NCBI GenBank assembly: GCA_964607765.1
Contig: CAZSNT010000033.1
Coordinates: forward strand, 3,955 to 67,954
Length of the DNA stretch: 64,000 nt
From: an uncultured Victivallales bacterium
Lineage (GTDB): Bacteria > Verrucomicrobiota > Lentisphaeria > Oligosphaerales > JABHEG01
Direction of reading: 5' to 3'
Shown here: one piece after another, positions 56,832-64,000 of the stretch
Layout of the letters: every line of letters starts with the position of its first letter
Numbering within the stretch: position 1 is the stretch's first letter
Program-made: the position numbers and the translations under genes
Notes under the pieces: generated by a model
Database searches by the model: none
The model's input: the letters and a program-made list of their open reading frames with translations, nothing else
Told to the model about the DNA's origin: nothing

Positions 56832-58115
56832 ATGAGGAGCTACAGGTCACTGATGTGGCTGGTCTGTGGAGTGTTGCTCTGTGCCGGCCTTACCGGGCCG
56901 GAAGCGTTGGCCAAATCAACCGCGCAGGGAATGGCCGAGGGCGCCACCGTACTGGCCACGATGCGGCTCAAGGAGGATCCGAAGAACGAGGGCGGGAAGG
57001 CGCTCCTGCGTTTCGCGCTCTTTGTCGATCCGGAGAACGAGGGAGCGCTGCTGCTGCAGGCGAAGCTGGAGCGGAACCACGACCTGAAAGATGTCGCACT
57101 TGCTGACGGCGGCCGGAAGTATGTCGGCAACCTGAAGCGAATCATCCGCAAGACGCGCTCCACCTCCAAGCGACTGCTGCTTTACAAGGTGATCGAGACA
57201 ATCCTCCCCGACGACACTGAAGCCCTCTTGGAGCTGACCCGGGCCAAGAACAAGGGCATCGACACGAGCTTCGATTCCCTGTACAGCTCCATCAGCGGCG
57301 GGAGCAAGCCTGAGCCCGACAGCGAAAAGCCGAAAGAGAAGCCTGATACGACGGGCAAGCCGGACCCGCGCAAGGTGCTGAAGGACGTTACCCTCTCGAG
57401 CAGTTACCTGTCGACCAGCAGCCCGGTTGATACGATCAACTATCTGAGCCGCGCGGTGCATCCACACGGCATCACAGTCGCCATCGCCGCCAGCAAGCTC
57501 CCCGTCCGCACGTACTTTGACAGCTCGACCGGCGCCCCGCGGTATTACAGCAACGTCAACCTGCCGCCTCAACCCACGGTGTACCGCAGCGCGTCGAGCA
57601 CGGCAGAGGTTTCGGCTGAAGAGATGCTGAGACGGGTGTGCCTGACGTTTCAGCTGGGGTACAAGTTCGAGCCGGGCAAGGTCGTGATCACAGACCCCGA
57701 CGACGCCGGCGCCGTCGAGACGATCGGGCTGGTGCGCAAAGCGACGGCACTGTCTTCCGCCTTCAGCGAAGAAGCGTCGAAGAGCGTACGCGAGTACCGG
57801 GGCAAGCTCATCGCCATAAGCGGTGACATATCGGGCATCGGCAAGAGCATGTCGACTCCCTACGTGCATTTGGAGAAAGACAGAGTGCGGGTGACTTTTG
57901 CCCGCAGCGTGGCCAAAGACAAGATCGCTCAGCTCAAGGCCGCGTACGAGGACTTCAATGATCGTGACGGCGCATCTTCCTACAGCTCCAGCTATGAGCG
58001 TTGCCTGCAGTTCTTCGGCTCGGCCCGGTGCAAAGGACTGTCGTCCGGGCGCGTTGTGCTGACAGACTGCGAGGACTTCTCGTGGCACACGATGTATCGC
58101 CGCAAGAGTGATTGA
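56832..58115 (+). CDS. Hypothetical exported protein
   Basis: The ATG follows GGAGAGGAAT. The signal is MRSYRSLMWLVCGVLLCAGLTGPEALA. No motif was recognised, and it has a low-complexity PEPDSEKPKEKPDTTGKPDP linker. Confidence 0.5.
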   Translation: MRSYRSLMWLVCGVLLCAGLTGPEALAKSTAQGMAEGATVLATMRLKEDPKNEGGKALLRFALFVDPENEGALLLQAKLERNHDLKDVALADGGRKYVGNLKRIIRKTRSTSKRLLLYKVIETILPDDTEALLELTRAKNKGIDTSFDSLYSSISGGSKPEPDSEKPKEKPDTTGKPDPRKVLKDVTLSSSYLSTSSPVDTINYLSRAVHPHGITVAIAASKLPVRTYFDSSTGAPRYYSNVNLPPQPTVYRSASSTAEVSAEEMLRRVCLTFQLGYKFEPGKVVITDPDDAGAVETIGLVRKATALSSAFSEEASKSVREYRGKLIAISGDISGIGKSMSTPYVHLEKDRVRVTFARSVAKDKIAQLKAAYEDFNDRDGASSYSSSYERCLQFFGSARCKGLSSGRVVLTDCEDFSWHTMYRRKSD

Positions 58116-58150
58116 CGCACACCGTGCCCGCCCCCCGGGCTCTACGAGCA

Positions 58151-60544
58151 ATGACGGATATCGTACTCGACACTGTCTCGCCGCGCACCGTTCAACTCCT
58201 GACCCGTGACTGGCTGTTCCGCCCCGGGCCGTTGAGGAACGCTCACGAAGCGTTCTGCGACGACGGCGATTGGGAGCCGGTACAGCTTCCGCATGACGCG
58301 TCGGTGGGCGGGGAATTCGACTACGGACAATCCGGCGGCAACAACGGTTGGCTGCCGTTCGGCCAGGGCGCGTACCGCAAGCACTTCGCACTCCCGCCTG
58401 AAGCTGAAGGCAAACGTGTTCTGATCGAATTCGAGGGCGTCTATCGTGCGGCCGAAGTCTGGGTTAACGGGCAGTACCTGGGCCGGCATTTGAACGGTTA
58501 CCTGGGTTTCGAACACGACCTGACCGAACACGTTGTCTGCGGCGGCGGGAACGTGCTCACCGTATACTACGACAACCGCGTGAAAGGCACGTCGCGCTGG
58601 TACACGGGTGAGGGCATTTACCGCGATGTGCGCCTGAAGATTGTCGAGCCGCTGCACGTTCCGCTGCACGGGACAACCGTGACGACGCCTGTGATCACCG
58701 CCGAGCGCGCGCTGGTCTGCGTCGAGACAGAGGTCGCGAACCTGGGCGCGAAGCGGCGCACGTGCCGGCTCGCCACGGCGCTCATCGGGCCGACGGGCGA
58801 AGAAGCGGCACATACCGCGGCCATCGCCCCCGTGGCCGCGGGCGAGTGCCGCACGTTCCGGCAGCAGATCGAGGTCCCCTGCCCCGCCCTGTGGGACCTG
58901 GCCAATCCGAATCTCTACACGGCCGTCTCCACCGTGCGGTGCGGCGACCGGGACGTCGATGTTTACACAACCAGGTTCGGTATTCGTGAGATCCGCATGA
59001 CCCCCGAACGCGGTCTGCTCCTGAACGGGCAGAAAGTCGTGGCGAAGGGCGGCAACCTGCACCACGACCTGGGTTGCCTGGGCAGTGCCGTTCTGAAGAG
59101 CGAATGCGAACGGCACATTGCCGAGCTCAAAGCCATCGGCTGTAACTCCTTCCGGCTCAGCCACAACCCGCACGCACCCGCGTTACTGGACGCCTGCGAT
59201 GAGATGGGCATCCTCATCTTCAACGAGGCCTACGACAAGTGGACGTCTCAGTTCTACGGCGGTGAGGCATCGTTCGAGAGCCAATGGGAAGCCGACTTGG
59301 AGCACTTCATCCGCCGTGACCGGAACCACCCTTGCGTCTACATCTGGAGCATGGGCAACGAGGTGCTCAAACAGCAGGGGCGGCATGAGCCAGAGTTCGA
59401 GACGCGCGACGCGGCGGCCGACTATGGCGTGGGGCTCGTTCGACGCATGGTTGCGCTCACGCGTCGTCTTGATCCCAGCCGCAAAGTGACCGTTGGGCTG
59501 TTCCCGGCCCGGGAGAAGTTCATCAAGGAGTGGGAGCACTGGGACGACGTCGACACGTTCAGGGACTCAGCGCCGGCCGAGATGGCGTTCGAGGTCGACG
59601 TGGTGAGCTGGAACTACACCGAGAACATGTTCGCCATCGACCACGCGAACTACCCGCAGTTCATGTTCATCGCGTCGGAAAGCGCGGGTAACATCGGGTT
59701 CGGCGCCCGCACGCCGTCCTGGACGGAGATTGACACGGACTACGTGATTGGCCACTACCACTGGTCGGGCTACGATTACCTGGGCGAATCCGCGAAGCCG
59801 ACCAAAGTCTGGGGGCGTGCTCTCATCGACGTGTCCGGGTGGGTCACACCGCTCGGCCGCTACTACGAGAGCTGCTACCGGGAAGATCCAAGCGTTCACA
59901 TCATGGTCTACGAAACCGACGCGGAGCAGTGGGAGCGGTTCAACGCGCGAGGGCGCGGCCGTTGGCACTGGTACCCGATGGCCGACCACTGGACCTGGGG
60001 TGACCGGAAAGAGGCCAAGCTCAGTACGTTCACGAACGCCGAAGAAGTCGAGCTCTTCCTGAACGGGCGGTCTCTCGGCATCCAACGATTCGCTGATTGC
60101 CGAGGCAGGATCATGGACTGGGAACTGCCTTACGAGCCGGGCACGGTGACAGCTGTCGCACGCACGGGCGGCAAGCAGGTAGCCGAGCACACGCTGGCCA
60201 CCGCGGGCGCACCGGTCGGCTTGCGTCTGACCCCGCACAAATCGGCACTTCGCGCCGACGGGCTGGATACTGTCTGCATCGAAGCCGCTGTTGTCGATGC
60301 TGACGGTCGGCTTGTTCCCGTCTGCCGCGTTCCGGTCAGCTTCCGGGTCGAGGGAGCAGGCACGAACGCGGGGGTGGCGAATGGCGACATCGTCAGCGAC
60401 GAGCGCTGGCAGGGCGATTCACGCTCAACGTGGTACGGCCGCTGCATCCTGCTCGTGCGTGCGGGGCACGATGCGGGCCGGGTGACGGTCACGGCGGGAA
60501 CCGAGGGATTACCTGCCGGCACGTGCACGCTGCCTGCAGTGTGA
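58151..60544 (+). CDS. GH2 glycoside hydrolase (beta-galactosidase/beta-glucuronidase-like), no signal peptide
   Basis: The preferred start is ATG 58151. It contains LTRDWLFRPG, VLIEFEGVYRAAEVWVNGQYLG, NSFRLSHNPHAPALLDACDEMGILIFNEA and HPCVYIWSMGNEV, the GH2 sugar-binding and TIM-barrel blocks. Confidence 0.85.
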   Translation: MTDIVLDTVSPRTVQLLTRDWLFRPGPLRNAHEAFCDDGDWEPVQLPHDASVGGEFDYGQSGGNNGWLPFGQGAYRKHFALPPEAEGKRVLIEFEGVYRAAEVWVNGQYLGRHLNGYLGFEHDLTEHVVCGGGNVLTVYYDNRVKGTSRWYTGEGIYRDVRLKIVEPLHVPLHGTTVTTPVITAERALVCVETEVANLGAKRRTCRLATALIGPTGEEAAHTAAIAPVAAGECRTFRQQIEVPCPALWDLANPNLYTAVSTVRCGDRDVDVYTTRFGIREIRMTPERGLLLNGQKVVAKGGNLHHDLGCLGSAVLKSECERHIAELKAIGCNSFRLSHNPHAPALLDACDEMGILIFNEAYDKWTSQFYGGEASFESQWEADLEHFIRRDRNHPCVYIWSMGNEVLKQQGRHEPEFETRDAAADYGVGLVRRMVALTRRLDPSRKVTVGLFPAREKFIKEWEHWDDVDTFRDSAPAEMAFEVDVVSWNYTENMFAIDHANYPQFMFIASESAGNIGFGARTPSWTEIDTDYVIGHYHWSGYDYLGESAKPTKVWGRALIDVSGWVTPLGRYYESCYREDPSVHIMVYETDAEQWERFNARGRGRWHWYPMADHWTWGDRKEAKLSTFTNAEEVELFLNGRSLGIQRFADCRGRIMDWELPYEPGTVTAVARTGGKQVAEHTLATAGAPVGLRLTPHKSALRADGLDTVCIEAAVVDADGRLVPVCRVPVSFRVEGAGTNAGVANGDIVSDERWQGDSRSTWYGRCILLVRAGHDAGRVTVTAGTEGLPAGTCTLPAV

Positions 60545-60659
60545 GACAGCGAAGAACCGGTGTGCCGTTGGCATCCCGCGCCTCACCATCTGCCACCCCC
60601 GTTGGTGTCCAGTGCGCCGGGCGTCATCGGCAGCTCCTTTCAACACGGCGACACCCCCC

Positions 60660-61529
60660 TCACTGCGTTCCCTCTTCTCTCTCCCCGGTCTCCTGGGCCG
60701 TGTTGACCACAGGGGGACGTGCGGCCAGTTGGGTCATGGTGATGCGCAGGTTCGGGTGCTGCTGAAGGAGCGACCCGGGAAACTCCTGCGTGACCGGCCC
60801 CAGGAACGCGCGCCGCCAGAGCCCGGCGTGCCAGTTGCGCATGAACGTGCAATGGAACGCCTTCGATTTGAGCATCTCGTACATGCCGATGCTCACCGCG
60901 CGCGACGGCAACACCTCGTAGTTGCCGTTGACGCCGCCCATGAGCATCTGCGCCGCTGACATGGGGCTGACCGTCAGCTTCCGCGTCTTGCTGTTCCTGA
61001 ACGAGTCCAAGTCGTCCGGCTCGCCCAACATGGCCGGCGGATCGTTGAACGCGACGTGTCCGGTGATGCCGAACCCGGCCCAGCAGATGTCGGCTCCCCC
61101 GATCCGGTCGATCAGCCTCGTGACCTCCTCCGGCGCAGCGGGGTCGGGGAAGATGACGTTCTCGGGCAGCGGCCGCTTGTCCGGATCGAGCCGGGCGAAG
61201 AACGTCTCCTCCATGAACCGGCGGAAGCTGAGCGGGTGGCTGACGGGGATGAGTTGGTCGTTCTCGTCGAGATACTCGTCCATATTGACAGTGCGCAGAT
61301 TGCGGCAGGACAAGCCACGGCGAACGACTTCCTCGGCAAAGTACGCGTAGTCGAGCGGCCCCACGGGGGCAATGACCGTCAGCAGTTCGTCCCGCTCCGC
61401 TTTGGCCGCCAGAAGGTCTGCGAACTCCGCTGCGACGCGACGATTGAGCTCGCGGGTATCCGGGACCACCGTGACTCTCTCTCTGAGGCCCCCCGGCAGA
61501 TGATCAACGGCGACACCGTAGATGCTCAT
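60660..61529 (-). CDS. Glucosamine-6-phosphate deaminase / 6-phosphogluconolactonase (NagB-like) family protein
   Basis: This is the last 289 aa of track ORF 60660..62288. The start is ATG 61529, or alternatively 61544. It contains LLTVIAPVGPLDYAYF, LRTVNMDEY and GITGHVAFNDP, characteristic of the NagB/Pgl fold. Confidence 0.7.
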   Translation of the reverse strand: MSIYGVAVDHLPGGLRERVTVVPDTRELNRRVAAEFADLLAAKAERDELLTVIAPVGPLDYAYFAEEVVRRGLSCRNLRTVNMDEYLDENDQLIPVSHPLSFRRFMEETFFARLDPDKRPLPENVIFPDPAAPEEVTRLIDRIGGADICWAGFGITGHVAFNDPPAMLGEPDDLDSFRNSKTRKLTVSPMSAAQMLMGGVNGNYEVLPSRAVSIGMYEMLKSKAFHCTFMRNWHAGLWRRAFLGPVTQEFPGSLLQQHPNLRITMTQLAARPPVVNTAQETGEREEGTQ

Positions 61530-61620
61530 GTCATGGATCTCCATTCCCGAGGTCCTCGGCGGCAGGGGACTGACCGTCAGAGTGCCTGGTCCGTGCACGG
61601 CGAATGCCGTAGCTCGGGTC

Positions 61621-63057
61621 TCACTTCTTCTTGGGCTTGTCGGCGCTGGCGGGAATGCTCCAGCCGGCGGCGCCCTCCACCAGCGGCGCCTCCTTCTCAG
61701 GCAGGCCTTTCGCAAGCCTCGCTTTGGTCGCTGCATGGGCGGGGTCGTCTGCCAGGTTGTGCCACTCGTCGGGATCGTCCCGATGTGAGTAGAGCTCCTC
61801 GCCGCCGTCGAAGTACCGGGTATACCGCCAGCGCCGACTGCGCACGGTGTAGTTTCCGCGGCCCCAGGAGCAGACGGATGGCCGCGGTACAGGTACGCTC
61901 GGGTCTCTGAGTTGCGGCACCAGGCTGAATCCGTCGGTGCCTTCACGCGGTGTGAGCCCGGCCAGTTCGGCCAGAGTCGGGTAGATATTGATGAGCGACA
62001 CGCCGTCGCTGACGGTGCGTCCTCTGATCGGCTTCTTCTCGCGGGCGTCCCAGATGATGAACGGAACGCGCGTGGTCTCTTCCCAGAGCGCGAACTTGCG
62101 GAAATGCCGTTTCTCGCCCATCCCGTATCCGTGGTCCGACCACAGCACAACGACCGTGTTGTCCGCGTAGGGGCTGGCCGCCAGCGCGTCCAGCACGCGT
62201 CCGACGTTGAAGTCTGCCCACGAAATACAGGCCAGGTACGCTCGTCGAACTTTTGTCCAGGCCTTGTCCTTTTTGAATCGTTCGTCATCCCTGATCTTAG
62301 CCATGGATCGCCCGACCCACGGGATGTCGTCGTGGTCGTCGGGATTGATGCGGGGCGGCTTCACATCGTGGGGGTAGAGATCGAAGAACTGCTTGGGGCA
62401 GACGAACGGGAGGTGGGGTCTGACAATACCCACGGCGAGGAAGAACGGCCTGTCGTGTTGGCGCGAAAGGACGTCCACCCCGTAAGATGCAACCTGGTAG
62501 TCGGGGTGGCTCCCGAGCGGGCTTGTGGTGGGGCAGAACGACATTCTCCACTTCTTGTTCACCTGGTACCCGGCTTCCACATCAAGCTCCAGCTTTGCAG
62601 GCGTGGGCTTGTGATAGTCCGTCCATTCCTCCGGGGCCGCCTTTGACCTGTGATGGATCTTACCGGCGCCAAAGGTCACGTAGCCATTCTCTTTGAGGAA
62701 CTGTGCGAGCGGAACGTAGGGTGTCTCCTTTCTCAGCTTGCTGTGGAAACCGTCCTTGTCGTAGAAGGCGTAGAGCCCGGAGTTGAACGGTTCGACGCCA
62801 TACAGCAGCGCGTTGCGGCTGGGCGAGCACCCGGGCGCGGGACAGTGCGCGTTGGTGAAGTTCACGCCCTTCTCGGCCAGCTTGTCCATGTTCGGAGTGA
62901 CGGCTTGCGGGTGGCCGCCCAGAAAGCCCGTCCAGTCGTTCATGTCATCGATGGCAATGAAGAGGATGTTGGGTTTCGCGGCGCCCTGGACCAGCAGGGG
63001 CAGCAATGCAGCAAGCACCAAGACCGCGACGATGAAGGCTGAGTGTCCGCTTCTCAC
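61621..63057 (-). CDS. Cys-type sulfatase, exported, short polybasic C-terminus
   Basis: The start is at GTG 63057, overlapping the upstream stop (GTGA): (V)RSGHSAFIVAVLVLAALLPLLVQGAAKPNILFIAIDDMND. The signature is PGCSPSRNALLYG and it contains VVLWSDHGY. The protein ends ...SADKPKKK. Confidence 0.85.
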   Translation of the reverse strand: MRSGHSAFIVAVLVLAALLPLLVQGAAKPNILFIAIDDMNDWTGFLGGHPQAVTPNMDKLAEKGVNFTNAHCPAPGCSPSRNALLYGVEPFNSGLYAFYDKDGFHSKLRKETPYVPLAQFLKENGYVTFGAGKIHHRSKAAPEEWTDYHKPTPAKLELDVEAGYQVNKKWRMSFCPTTSPLGSHPDYQVASYGVDVLSRQHDRPFFLAVGIVRPHLPFVCPKQFFDLYPHDVKPPRINPDDHDDIPWVGRSMAKIRDDERFKKDKAWTKVRRAYLACISWADFNVGRVLDALAASPYADNTVVVLWSDHGYGMGEKRHFRKFALWEETTRVPFIIWDAREKKPIRGRTVSDGVSLINIYPTLAELAGLTPREGTDGFSLVPQLRDPSVPVPRPSVCSWGRGNYTVRSRRWRYTRYFDGGEELYSHRDDPDEWHNLADDPAHAATKARLAKGLPEKEAPLVEGAAGWSIPASADKPKKK

Positions 63058-64000
63058 TTTTTGGTGCCTTTCCTGTTTCGTTTCATTCTCTTCTGCCACT
63101 CGGGTGTGTGGATAAGCCCGAGGAACCGCGGTTCGATCAGTGTTGCATCCCAGCGCGTGCGAACCTGTTCCAGCATGGCTACGACTTCGGGTCTGGAAGC
63201 GGCCAGGTTCTTTGTCTCGGCAATGTCCGCGGACAGGTCGTAGAGCTGCGGCGGGCCGCCCTTCCACGGAATGACCAGTTTGTGGTTGTCCCGCCGCACG
63301 GCGAACCGGCTCTGGTCAAACTTGCGGATAGTGATCGTGCGGTGCGCCGGGTCCGCACTCTCTCCGGTCAGGAACGGGATCAGGTTGACACCGTCCAGAT
63401 AGCCCTTGCGTGCAGCACTCGCACCCGCCACTTCCACAGCAGTGGCACAGATATCCAGCGAGATAACGGGATGGTCATAGGTGACGCCTTGCGGGATTGT
63501 CCCGGGCCACTGCACGGCGAACGGCACGCGGATTCCCCCCTCCCAGACGTCGGATTTGCCGCCGCGAAGCGGCCGGTTGTTCGACCCGTTCTTGCCGACG
63601 GGGCCGCCGTTGTCGGAGAGGAAGAACAGCAGTGTCTGATCGGTCAGTTCGAGTTCGCCCAACTTGGCCAGGAGCCGGCCGACGCCGTCGTCCAGGGCGC
63701 TGACCATGGCCGCGTAGGTCTTGCGCTTCCTGTCTTTGATGTCCGGAAAACGCGCCAGGTACTCCTCGGTCGCCTGCAGCGGGCCGTGCGGCGCATTGTA
63801 GGAGAGGAAGAGGAAGAAGGGCTTGTCTCTGTTACGCTCGACAAAGCGCACGGCTTCGTCCGAAAACTCGTCCGTCAGGTACTTGCTGATCTTGACCGGC
63901 TCGTGGTCGCGCAGGATCCAGGTCCGATAGCTCTCGTTTTCGTTCCTTGCGGCGTAGCTGTCTCTGATGGTCAGCTCCTTCGGGAAGTACTGATGGCCGC
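63054..64000 (-). CDS. Cys-type sulfatase, C-terminal ~315 aa (gene continues past the right edge), polybasic C-terminus
   Basis: The frame stays open to position 64000 (...HQYFPKELTIRDSYAARNENESYRTWILRDHEPVKISKYLTDEFSDEAVRFVERNRDKPFFLFLSYNAPH...). It contains FFLSDNGG and ends ...EWQKRMKRNRKGTKK. Confidence 0.85.
   Translation of the reverse strand, partial: GHQYFPKELTIRDSYAARNENESYRTWILRDHEPVKISKYLTDEFSDEAVRFVERNRDKPFFLFLSYNAPHGPLQATEEYLARFPDIKDRKRKTYAAMVSALDDGVGRLLAKLGELELTDQTLLFFLSDNGGPVGKNGSNNRPLRGGKSDVWEGGIRVPFAVQWPGTIPQGVTYDHPVISLDICATAVEVAGASAARKGYLDGVNLIPFLTGESADPAHRTITIRKFDQSRFAVRRDNHKLVIPWKGGPPQLYDLSADIAETKNLAASRPEVVAMLEQVRTRWDATLIEPRFLGLIHTPEWQKRMKRNRKGTKK

Noticed and set aside
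60660-62288. A single 542-aa ORF on the minus strand
   Set aside because: Only the last 289 aa show NagB-like motifs. The upstream part is an alternative frame of the sulfatase gene 61621..63057 on the same strand and is Arg/Pro/Thr-rich. The true start is at 61529 or 61544.

Overview
GC-rich bacterial chromosomal segment. The gene content suggests a PVC-superphylum organism (Planctomycetota, Kiritimatiellota or Verrucomicrobiota type); this is inferred from many sulfatases, DUF1080, ThuA-like and Tat-exported Gfo/Idh/MocA proteins and planctomycete-style CxxCH domains, not from any search. The window is mostly a glycan-degradation island. It holds 11 Cys-type (CxPxR) sulfatases, four of them with no signal peptide. 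It also holds two GH32 fructan hydrolases, a GH29 fucosidase, a GH38 mannosidase, GH16, GH2, a clan GH-A hydrolase, two paralogous uncharacterised GH-like proteins, an SGNH esterase and a metallophosphoesterase-LamG protein. Other genes are two Gfo/Idh/MocA oxidoreductases, two ThuA-like proteins, a LacI regulator, a fructosamine-kinase/HAD pair and a NagB-like enzyme. Decayed elements are a truncated tyrosine recombinase, a truncated DUF1016 nuclease, a LamG tail relic and a domain fragment. No rRNA, tRNA or CRISPR was found. Four signals are not explained by ordinary annotation. (1) The 12-mer GTTTTCCGGACA is hugely over-represented: 26 exact 11-mer cores plus at least 10 one-mismatch copies. 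It forms hairpin units and arrays in four long intergenic regions and also occurs as single copies in all three reading frames of unrelated genes. (2) An uncharacterised module of about 150 aa is present in three full copies and one fragment, fused to a sulfatase and to a GH-like enzyme. (3) A putative LacI-controlled operon runs sulfatase-DUF1080 fusion, Tat-exported Gfo/Idh/MocA, ThuA-HEAT-discoidin giant, LacI. It has a near-consensus promoter bracketed by two LacI-type palindromes and may be a periplasmic oxidative (3-keto) glycoside-cleavage route for sulfated glycans. (4) The exported single-domain sulfatases carry polybasic C-terminal tails. Many long ORFs in the supplied track are antisense shadow ORFs typical of GC-rich DNA and were not called.
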